64,000 bases of DNA from Bryobacteraceae bacterium (lineage in GTDB: Bacteria > Acidobacteriota > Terriglobia > Bryobacterales > Bryobacteraceae): the NCBI GenBank assembly GCA_035552315.1, contig DASZLO010000103.1, positions 4,255 through 68,254 of the forward strand. Reading direction: 5' to 3'. Of the stretch, positions 24,982-32,794 are shown one piece after another. The notes below the pieces were generated by a model. The model had not been told where the DNA came from and ran no database searches. It was given only the letters and a program-made list of their open reading frames with translations. The stretch's first letter is position 1, and every line of letters starts with the position of its first letter. Made by a program: the position numbers and the translations under genes.

Positions 24982-26649
24982 TTATTGACAGGGTGTTGCG
25001 GCGCCGGGATATTTCGGCGCGGCGAGACCGGCGTTCCAGTTCCAGGCGATGTCCCCGCTGGCGCGGCGGCGGCAAACCACCTGCTCGTTGAGTTCGTACA
25101 TGCCGGGCATGAGATGTTCGCCGGGCATCGGCGCGTCTTTGAATGCGATATAGCCTTCCGTTTTGCCGAATGCCGGCCAGTCCGGCTCATTGGCGGCCCG
25201 CGGCTTGCCGGTCCGGACGAAGCTGCTCCAGTAGCGGACCATCGCATCGGAAAGTTTTATATGCTCCGGCGTTGCGGGAATTTTCGGCCACTTGGGCGCA
25301 GTGCCGTTATACGTCCCGAATACAAAGGGCAGTTCGCTGGCATGGAAAGCGTGCAGCCCGGCGGAGTCCGCGGCTGGATATCCATGATCGAACAAGTATA
25401 GAAAGGACGCCTTGCCGAGCGCGGTTTGTTTTCTGACCAGGCGCTCAGCGGTCCATCCATAGAGCGCGTCGCGCGAGGTGGCGTAGATGCTTTCCTGCAT
25501 CGCGGCGGGGGTGTCGGCCGCGGGATAGAGCCGCAGGAATTCGCCGGACAGATCGAAATAGCGGTCGCGAATGGCGGCTTCGTAAGCGGCTGCATTCGCA
25601 GCCGGGCGCGGGGCGAGTCCCGTGAGCGAGCGGATCTCGCCGCTGTTGAAGCCGGTAAGGATTGGCACCGGCGCCTGTTCGCCTTTGTCGAAAGCATCGA
25701 CGAGCTGGTGCGGCATCACATGGCCGTCAATGACGCCGAAAGGAGCAAACCCGGCGCGCGGGGCAGCCGCGGTGATGGCACGCGCATCCATGGCTCGCAT
25801 GGCAGCGAGGTTCGGGGCATGAAGCGCGGCGGCGACGCGTGTGCCGCCTGCCTCGGCCGATTCCGCGCCATGGCTGCGCTGCTTCAACTCGGGCGTGGAG
25901 ATCATATAGGCGCTCTCGGCGATGGCCTTCGTGAACAGTCCGCGGGCGGGCGGGGCAGCCATCAGATACATCACGCTGAGGGCGCCGGCGGACTCGCCAG
26001 CGATGGTGACATTCGAAGGGTCGCCGCCGAAAGCCTTGATGTTCTGCCGGACCCACTGCAGCGCCGCGATCTGATCGAGCAGCCCGTAGTTTCCCGAAAC
26101 TCCGTCCGGCGATTCCTGGCTGAGTTCGGGATGCGCCAGCCATCCGAGCACGCCCAGCCGGTAATTTACGGTAATCACGACGATGCCCTGCGCGGCGAGA
26201 CTTGCGCCGTTGTAGATCGGGTCGCTGCCGGCCCCGATGGAGAGAGAACCGCCATAGATCCAGAAGAAGACCGGGGCATTGCGCGCATTCGCGGGCGTCC
26301 AGATGTTCAGGGTGAGGCAATCTTCACTCACCATGGGCATCGGATCGAGCGCGTAGAAATTCGATCCGCCCCGCTCCGGCTGAACGCAGGCGGGTCCAAA
26401 GGCGGTTGCCTTCTTGACCCCGGTCCACGGCGTCATGGGAACGGGCGCCTTCCAGCGGGCCTGGCCCACCGGCGGCTGTGCGTAAGGGATTCCTTTGAAA
26501 ACTTTGAGGCGGCCCTCCGTGCGTCCTTCCAGAGCGCCGGCGGAAGGACGGGCGATCGGACCTTGTTGCGCTTGGGCAAAATCGCCGGAAGACAGAACGA
26601 GACACACGACCGGGAGAGCCTGGACGAGCAGGCGGCGCAGCGGTTTCAT
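24982..26649 (-). CDS. Exported carboxylesterase type B
   Basis: 555 aa. Signal peptide MKPLRRLLVQALPVVCLVLSSGDFAQA. Serine motif FGGDPSNVTIAGESAGALSV. Confidence 0.88.
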   Translation of the reverse strand: MKPLRRLLVQALPVVCLVLSSGDFAQAQQGPIARPSAGALEGRTEGRLKVFKGIPYAQPPVGQARWKAPVPMTPWTGVKKATAFGPACVQPERGGSNFYALDPMPMVSEDCLTLNIWTPANARNAPVFFWIYGGSLSIGAGSDPIYNGASLAAQGIVVITVNYRLGVLGWLAHPELSQESPDGVSGNYGLLDQIAALQWVRQNIKAFGGDPSNVTIAGESAGALSVMYLMAAPPARGLFTKAIAESAYMISTPELKQRSHGAESAEAGGTRVAAALHAPNLAAMRAMDARAITAAAPRAGFAPFGVIDGHVMPHQLVDAFDKGEQAPVPILTGFNSGEIRSLTGLAPRPAANAAAYEAAIRDRYFDLSGEFLRLYPAADTPAAMQESIYATSRDALYGWTAERLVRKQTALGKASFLYLFDHGYPAADSAGLHAFHASELPFVFGTYNGTAPKWPKIPATPEHIKLSDAMVRYWSSFVRTGKPRAANEPDWPAFGKTEGYIAFKDAPMPGEHLMPGMYELNEQVVCRRRASGDIAWNWNAGLAAPKYPGAATPCQ

Positions 26650-26838
26650 GGATGATTCAGGAGCATATACCCGGGCTTTGCCTGTGTCAATTCAGTCCGG
26701 CATCGTTGGTATTTGGGCCGGGCGAAACAAAATCTTCGTTGTATAGATGTTTTGAATCTGACATATCGATTTTTTGGATTTAGCGCTTGACGCCCGGAAC
26801 CGGAATAATAGATTTCCCTCCACGTTCGAGAAAAAGAC

Positions 26839-28188
26839 ATGACCATTCCATTTGCGCTGCTTCAGGCAGCGCCTCCCGATCTGAGCGCGCGCATCACAGC
26901 GCTCGAAACGGCTGCGAAAAATGCGCAGTCGGCTGGCGACAACGCCTGGATGCTGGTTTGCGCAGCTCTGGTACTGATGATGACCGGTCCCGGGCTGGCT
27001 CTGTTTTACGGAGGGCTTGTCCGGCGCAAGAACGTCCTGTCCACCATGATGCACAGCTTCATCATGATGGGCCTGATTACCGTGATCTGGGCCATTTGCG
27101 GCTACAGCCTGGTATTCAGCGAAGGCACGCCCTTTATCGGCGGATTTAAATATCTCTTTCTGAACGGCGTCGGTGCCGATCCCAACGCCGATTATGCCGG
27201 TACCATCCCGCAGGGCACGTTCATGATTTATCAGCTCATGTTCGCGGTGATTACTCCGGCTCTGATCTCGGGCGCTTTCGCGGAACGGATCAAATTCAGC
27301 GCCATGATGCTTTTCACCACCTTATGGGCCTTCATCGTTTACTTTCCGATGGCGCACATGGTTTGGGGAAAAGGCGGCCTGCTGAACGCTTACCTCGGCG
27401 GCAGCATCCGCACGTTCGACTTCGCGGGCGGCACGGTCGTCCACATTACCTCCGGTGTTTCCGCGCTGGTCTGTGCCCTGTATCTGGGGAAGCGGATCGG
27501 CTATCCGACGGAAGCGATGAAGCCGCACAGCATGGTGCTGAGCGTGATCGGCGCATGTCTTCTCTGGGTCGGCTGGTTTGGATTCAACGCGGGCAGCGCG
27601 CTGGCGGCTTCGGGTCTGGCAACCAGCGCCTTCGTAGCCACCCATTTCGCGGCCGCCACGGCAGCGCTCAGCTGGATGGTCGCCGAATGGCTGGAAATGG
27701 GCAAGCCCAGCATGCTGGGCGGAATCTCGGGTGCGGTGGCCGGTCTGGTTGCCATCACTCCCGCGTCGGGCTTCGTGAAACCGATGCCCGCTCTCCTCAT
27801 CGGCCTTCTCGCCGGCGTCTTCTGTTTCTGGATGGTGACGAGCGTCAAGCGCATGTTCGGTTATGACGATACGCTCGACGCGTTCGGCGTGCATGGTGCC
27901 GGCGGTACTCTGGGCGCGCTGCTGACCGGGGTGTTCGCCACCAACGTCATCAACAATGCTCAGATTAACGGCAAGGTGGTGCCGCTGGGACTGGTTGACG
28001 GGAACCCGGGGCAAATTCTGAATCAGGCGATCGGGGTGGCGATTGCCATTGCCCTGGCAGCCGTGGGTACATTCGTTATCCTGAAAATCTGCGATGTCCT
28101 GATTGGCGTACGCGTCGGACGCGATGCCGAGGAAGAGGGACTCGATGTGAGCCAGCATGGCGAGGAAGGCTACTTCCTCGAGTCCTAG
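26839..28188 (+). CDS. amtB: Ammonium transporter (Amt family)
   Basis: 449 aa polytopic protein. Amt signature FDFAGGTVVHITSGVSAL. Confidence 0.92.
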   Translation: MTIPFALLQAAPPDLSARITALETAAKNAQSAGDNAWMLVCAALVLMMTGPGLALFYGGLVRRKNVLSTMMHSFIMMGLITVIWAICGYSLVFSEGTPFIGGFKYLFLNGVGADPNADYAGTIPQGTFMIYQLMFAVITPALISGAFAERIKFSAMMLFTTLWAFIVYFPMAHMVWGKGGLLNAYLGGSIRTFDFAGGTVVHITSGVSALVCALYLGKRIGYPTEAMKPHSMVLSVIGACLLWVGWFGFNAGSALAASGLATSAFVATHFAAATAALSWMVAEWLEMGKPSMLGGISGAVAGLVAITPASGFVKPMPALLIGLLAGVFCFWMVTSVKRMFGYDDTLDAFGVHGAGGTLGALLTGVFATNVINNAQINGKVVPLGLVDGNPGQILNQAIGVAIAIALAAVGTFVILKICDVLIGVRVGRDAEEEGLDVSQHGEEGYFLES

Positions 28189-28201
28189 ACAGGAAAACGA
28201 T

Positions 28202-28540
28202 ATGAAAAAGATCGAAGCCATTGTGCAGCCGTTCAAGATGGAAGAAGTCAAGGAAGCGCTGAAGGGGATCGGCATCGACGGGATGACCATCAGCGAGGTG
28301 CGCGGACACGGCAGGCAGAAGGGCCATAAAGAGGTCTATCGCGGACAGGAGTATAACGTCGACCTGCTGCCGAAAGTGAAGTTCGAGCTTGTCATCCCCG
28401 ATGCGCGGCTCAATGAAGTGCTGGACACCATCACGTCCGCGGCGCGCTCGGGCAAGATCGGCGACGGGAAGATTTTTGTTTTCGACGTGGCTGAGGTGAT
28501 TCGCATCCGCAACGGCGACCGGGGAGAACTGGCGATCTAA
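28202..28540 (+). CDS. glnK: P-II nitrogen regulatory protein
   Basis: Track ORF is 28157..28540; start moved to ATG 28202, giving a canonical 112-aa P-II protein (MKKIEAIVQPFKMEEVKEAL…). The T-loop GRQKGHKEVYRGQEY has Tyr51. Lies immediately downstream of amtB. Confidence 0.92.
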   Translation: MKKIEAIVQPFKMEEVKEALKGIGIDGMTISEVRGHGRQKGHKEVYRGQEYNVDLLPKVKFELVIPDARLNEVLDTITSAARSGKIGDGKIFVFDVAEVIRIRNGDRGELAI

Positions 28541-28571
28541 TCTGGCGGTCTAATCTGGCGGTCTAATCTGG
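28529..28571. repeat. 13-bp tandem repeat (about 3.3 copies) spanning the glnK stop codon
   Basis: GGCGATCTAATCT (28531-28543), GGCGGTCTAATCT (28544-28556), GGCGGTCTAATCT (28557-28569), then GG. The first copy is the last 10 nt of glnK (including the stop codon) plus 3 nt. Confidence 0.9.
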
Positions 28572-28578
28572 TAGTTAC

Positions 28579-30981
28579 TTGCCAGTAACCGAACAGGAAA
28601 TCCGGGAGCAGTTTTTTCTTACAGGCGACGCCGACCAGGCTATTGCCGGCCGCACCCTACGGGTCGATGATCTGGTGCTGCAGGCTTGGGAGCAGATGGC
28701 GCCGGCGGTTAAAGGCCCCGTCGCTCTGCTCGCTGTGGGCGGGTACGGCCGCCGCGAACTTTTTCCCTGCTCCGATATCGACCTGCTGATTCTGACACCC
28801 GATCAGAGTTCGCAGGTGGCGCTCAAAGAACCGCTGGCGTTCTTCCTGCGGGATCTTTGGGATCGGAATCTGCGCATCAGCCAGTCCGTGCATGACCCGC
28901 TGGATTGCAATCAGATCGATTCTTCCAATGCCGAACTTGCGGTGAGCCTGCTTGACCGGCGTCTGCTGGCCGGTGACGAATCCCTTTTCAGGCAGATTCG
29001 CGATCCGCGTCCGGATCTGGGGCGGAACATCGTGGAACTCACACGCGCGCGGCACGCTCAGTTTCACAACACCATCTACCACCTCGAGCCCAACGTAAAG
29101 GATGCGCCCGGCGGCCTGCGCGATCTTCAGGTGCTGCGCTGGCTTTCGAAGCTGGGGGCGGGCGACCAGGAGGATCTGGGCGGTGGCGTTCCGGTGCTTT
29201 TCGAGATTCGCTGTTTCCTGCACTATCTGGCCGCGCGTGACGACAACAAATTCAGCTTCGACCGGCAGGACGAGATCGCGGAGTTGATTCACGCGGCCTC
29301 GCCGGAAGATCTGATGCGGCGCTATTACCGTGCCGTGCGGGGCATCGCGCGGCTGGCGAACCGGCGGCTGGAAAGGTTCGAGGCCAAACGGAGCTCGCTC
29401 TTCTCGCAGTTTCGCGATCGTACCGCGAGGCTCTCCAATTCCGATTTTTCAGTGCTGCACGGAACGATTTTTTTCCGTTCGACGCTGGCTCTGGAGAGCG
29501 ATCCGGGAATCATTCTGAGGCTCTGCGATTTTGTGGGGCGCCATGGCTTGCCGCTGGCAACCGACACAAGCGACCGGGTGGAGCGGAATGCCGGGGTTTT
29601 CCGCGAATGGGTGGAACGCAATCAGCCGGTATGGGAAACGCTGCGCGAGATCCTTCGGCAGCCACACGCTGCCAGGGCCGTGCGGGCCATGCATGAATCG
29701 CATGTGCTGGAAGCGATCTTTCCCGAATTGCTGGAGATCGATGCGCTGGTGATTCGCGATTTCTACCATCGCTATACGGTGGATGAGCACACGCTTGTCG
29801 CCATCGAAACCGTGCTGGGGCTGCGTGACGGGAAAGGCGACGGCTTCGCCGATCTTGCGCTTGAGACATCCGATCTCGATCTGCTGATCGTGGCACTGAT
29901 GTTTCACGATGTGGGTAAGGCCGCGCCCGGCGAGAGTCACACGGTGGTTTCGCGGCGAATCGCCGAGTCTGCCCTGAAACGAACAGGCATCGGGGAGCGA
30001 GAGCTGGACGTTGTCTTGTTTCTGATTGGCGCTCATCTGGAGCTTTCGGCGGCGATGAACGGGCGGGATCTTTCGGATCAGGCGACGATTCGCGATGTCG
30101 GCGCAGCGACAGCCACCGTCGAGCGGCTCAAGCTTTTGACGCTGCTCACGTTTGGCGACATTAGCGCGGTGAATCCTTCCGCGATGACGCCCTGGCGGCG
30201 GCAGCTGCTGTGGAATCTTTATACCGAGACTTATGCCGAGCTGACGCGCGAACTGACTGCGCGGACGACCCTTCCCGACGTGCATGGAAATGCGGCGCGC
30301 CGCCATTTTCTGACGGGTTTGCCGCCGCGGTATCTGCGGACCCGCACCAGCGCTGAAATCGACGAGCACCTGAAACTGGAGCATGAGGCGCGGGGCCAGG
30401 GCGTTGCGGTTTCGCTGGTGAAGTCGACTGCCTGGGTACTGACGGTGGTGGGGGACGATCGCCGTTTTCTGTTTGCCTCCATTGCGGCGACGCTTTCAAG
30501 TTTTGGATTCAATATATTGAAGGCCGAGGCATTTTCCAATGCGCACGGCACCGTAATCGATACCTTCACGTTTGCCGATCCGGCGCGCAATCTGGATCTC
30601 AATCCCGACGATGCCCGGCAGGTCACCCGGACCGTCACTCGGGTGCTGAACGGCGAGATTACTGTGGATCATTTGATGACCCGCCGGCCGCAGGTGAAAC
30701 CGGACATGCGGGCGCTGGCGGCGGCGCGGGCCGTTTTCAACAACGAGGCGTCCCCCGCGGCGACTCTCATCGAACTGGTTACGCAGGATCGCCCCGGGTT
30801 GCTCTACGACGTGGCGGCGCGCATCTCGGAGCGTGGCGCGAATATTGAAGTGGTTCTGGTGGACACCGAAGCGAAGAAAGCCATTGACGTCTTCTATGTC
30901 ACGCGGGGCGGAATGAAGCTCAGTGACGACGACGCGCGCGAGTTGACGGCCGCGCTGTCGGAAGTCGCGCGCGGCGTGTAA
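28579..30981 (+). CDS. glnD: [Protein-PII] uridylyl/nucleotidyl-transferase GlnD
   Basis: 800 aa with TTG start. Nucleotidyltransferase motif GGYGRRELFPCSDIDLLIL, HD motif LMFHDVGK, and two C-terminal ACT-like segments. Confidence 0.9.
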   Translation: MPVTEQEIREQFFLTGDADQAIAGRTLRVDDLVLQAWEQMAPAVKGPVALLAVGGYGRRELFPCSDIDLLILTPDQSSQVALKEPLAFFLRDLWDRNLRISQSVHDPLDCNQIDSSNAELAVSLLDRRLLAGDESLFRQIRDPRPDLGRNIVELTRARHAQFHNTIYHLEPNVKDAPGGLRDLQVLRWLSKLGAGDQEDLGGGVPVLFEIRCFLHYLAARDDNKFSFDRQDEIAELIHAASPEDLMRRYYRAVRGIARLANRRLERFEAKRSSLFSQFRDRTARLSNSDFSVLHGTIFFRSTLALESDPGIILRLCDFVGRHGLPLATDTSDRVERNAGVFREWVERNQPVWETLREILRQPHAARAVRAMHESHVLEAIFPELLEIDALVIRDFYHRYTVDEHTLVAIETVLGLRDGKGDGFADLALETSDLDLLIVALMFHDVGKAAPGESHTVVSRRIAESALKRTGIGERELDVVLFLIGAHLELSAAMNGRDLSDQATIRDVGAATATVERLKLLTLLTFGDISAVNPSAMTPWRRQLLWNLYTETYAELTRELTARTTLPDVHGNAARRHFLTGLPPRYLRTRTSAEIDEHLKLEHEARGQGVAVSLVKSTAWVLTVVGDDRRFLFASIAATLSSFGFNILKAEAFSNAHGTVIDTFTFADPARNLDLNPDDARQVTRTVTRVLNGEITVDHLMTRRPQVKPDMRALAAARAVFNNEASPAATLIELVTQDRPGLLYDVAARISERGANIEVVLVDTEAKKAIDVFYVTRGGMKLSDDDARELTAALSEVARGV

Positions 30982-31020
30982 CGGTTTCGCGAACCAGTCA
31001 ACGGGACGATCGTTGGTAGG

Positions 31021-32010
31021 CTACAGCCATCTCTGGCAAGCCGCGGCCAGGGCGGCAGCGAAACGTTCTTCGGTAAATTCCGACCTCACCCGGCGGAAGG
31101 CATTCGCGGCCAGAGATGCCCGGAGTTGCGGGCTCCCCAGCAATCGTTCCAGTTGTCGCCGCAGATCCGCGGCATCGCCAGGCTCATAGAAGAGAGCCTC
31201 GTTTTCCGAAACATAGTCGGCGAGATGAAAAGTTCGCGCGATCACCACCGGCTTATTCATCAGCGCCGCGTCGAACCAGGCGATCTGTCCCAGGCTTCGC
31301 TGCCAGCGAACGGCGAAAAGCGGGATGACGACAATGTCAGCTGCGCCCATCAGTTCTCTGTATCGCGCAAGTGGCACTTCAGAGTGAATTTCGATTTGCG
31401 AGCCGAAGGCCGCGTGCTGCACCTCGCTCAAGTCCGAAGTCCCGCACACTATCGCGGCCCGTCCGTTGAGACCGGTCACAGCCTTGCAGAAGCAGGCGAA
31501 ATCGCGATGACGGCCGGGCGCCAAAACCAACGGCTTACCGGGTATGCTGTCCTGCCCGGGCAAAGTTCCGATCGCGTCATCGTAGGCATAGTACGGAATA
31601 AATTCAAAGCGCGATGCATCAAGCCCGAGGCTCTCCGAACAGAGGGCGATCTCCGTTGAAGTGTGAACGATTATGCGGTCGACGGCTCGCGCCAAAAATT
31701 TATATTTTGCATGACGCAACTGTGCCCGCAGGCCTTGTCTGCAGGGGTTCGCGTCATAGTAAAACCCAAGCAGAGCCACACGCGCGCAACCGGGTCCGGC
31801 AGGCGCAAGCAGTCGAAACATCGCGGCCAGCCACAGGTCGTTGGGGATCAGGATCAGTTCAAATCGGCGGGCATTGCGCAGCAGGAAGAAGAGCTGACCG
31901 GCGCGGCTTCTGAGGTGGAACCCGGGATCGAGGGACGTGACCGGAACGGCGGCGTCTTTCCAGACGGGTAGTCCGTCCAGATGCGGGTTAAGACTTAGTA
32001 TTTTCCGCAA
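31021..32010 (-). CDS. Glycosyltransferase (GT-B, GT1/GT4-like)
   Basis: 329 aa. The C-terminal half looks like a GT-B nucleotide-sugar domain (…YRELMGAADIVVIPL … MNKPVVIARTFHLADYV…EALFYEPGDAADL). Confidence 0.6.
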   Translation of the reverse strand: MRKILSLNPHLDGLPVWKDAAVPVTSLDPGFHLRSRAGQLFFLLRNARRFELILIPNDLWLAAMFRLLAPAGPGCARVALLGFYYDANPCRQGLRAQLRHAKYKFLARAVDRIIVHTSTEIALCSESLGLDASRFEFIPYYAYDDAIGTLPGQDSIPGKPLVLAPGRHRDFACFCKAVTGLNGRAAIVCGTSDLSEVQHAAFGSQIEIHSEVPLARYRELMGAADIVVIPLFAVRWQRSLGQIAWFDAALMNKPVVIARTFHLADYVSENEALFYEPGDAADLRRQLERLLGSPQLRASLAANAFRRVRSEFTEERFAAALAAACQRWL

Positions 32011-32127
32011 GTCATTCCCGCACCTGCGTGAATGTTAGCATTGCCGAACTTCGCGGCCGTTGAAGCCAGGGACGGTATAATTATCACGTTGTCCGGCCTC
32101 GTTCGCCGCGGACGAATGGAGGCAATT

Positions 32128-32529
32128 ATGAAACTGATTCTTGTTATCGCCCTCGCCGGAATCGCAGGCGCACTGAGCGCCGCCGCGCCCGCCGGTGAAG
32201 AGGCTTCAGCCATCGGACAGAAATGGCTGTCGCTGCTGGACGATCAGAAATACGAGGAGAGCTGGACGCAGGCGGGCAGCATGTTCCGCAATGAGGTCAA
32301 GCACGATCAATGGCTGGCGAGTCTGCAGAAATTTCGTCTGCCGCTGGGCCCGCTGATTTCACGGACTGCGTCGCGCGTCGATCTTGCCAAAACACTGCCC
32401 GCCGCGCCCGATGGTGAATACGCCATCATCCATTACAAGACGGTACTGCAAAGCAAGACCATTACCGAACGCCTCACTCTCGCGATGGAAGACGGGAAAT
32501 GGCAAGTGTACGCGTACGCAATTCATTGA
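32128..32529 (+). CDS. Exported DUF4019-like protein
   Basis: Track ORF is 32032..32529; start moved to ATG 32128, which is preceded by GGAGG. Signal peptide MKLILVIALAGIAGALSAAAP. Core GQKWLSLLDDQKYEESWTQAGSMFRNEV…WLASLQKFRLPLGPLISR resembles DUF4019 from memory. Confidence 0.65.
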   Translation: MKLILVIALAGIAGALSAAAPAGEEASAIGQKWLSLLDDQKYEESWTQAGSMFRNEVKHDQWLASLQKFRLPLGPLISRTASRVDLAKTLPAAPDGEYAIIHYKTVLQSKTITERLTLAMEDGKWQVYAYAIH

Positions 32530-32555
32530 CGCGCGGCCACCCTGCGTTCATTCAA

Positions 32556-32765
32556 TCAGAACCGGCGGGAGGTTGTGTAACTGCTCAGTGCGAGCCGGGC
32601 AATCTCGCAATTGATGCGCGCCTGTTCCAACCGGAACCAGTGATCGGTCCAGTCCGCTTCGTTGTTTTTCTCAAGCGTGCCGAGGAGTAATTCGGCCGCC
32701 ACGGCCAGCGCCTGTGTGCGTTCGATGTAATCGCTCAAGAGCCGATGCTTCTGTTCGCAATCCAT
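32556..32765 (-). CDS. Small hypothetical protein (69 aa)
   Basis: Distal part of track ORF 32556..32975. ATG 32765 lies 29 nt downstream of the sulfotransferase stop. Third-codon positions are strongly G/C-biased, like real genes here. Predicted helical (MDCEQKHRLLSDYIERTQALAVAAELLLG…). Confidence 0.5.
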   Translation of the reverse strand: MDCEQKHRLLSDYIERTQALAVAAELLLGTLEKNNEADWTDHWFRLEQARINCEIARLALSSYTTSRRF

Positions 32766-32794
32766 GTATCTGTGGTTCCGTATCCTGTAATCTT

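Noticed and set aside
26747-26814. ATGT-N10-ACAT inverted repeat (26747-26764) and TTGACG (26787-26792) / TAGATT (26809-26814) promoter-like hexamers upstream of amtB
   Set aside because: The half-sites are only 4 bp, the -10 is poor, and there is no match to NtcA (GTA-N8-TAC), NtrC or sigma-54 consensus. Noted as context for the amtB finding but not callable.
25426-28290. 409-aa plus-strand ORF 25426..26655 and 322-aa minus-strand ORF 27322..28290
   Set aside because: They are antisense to the carboxylesterase (GESAGA motif) and to amtB respectively. Same compositional artefact.
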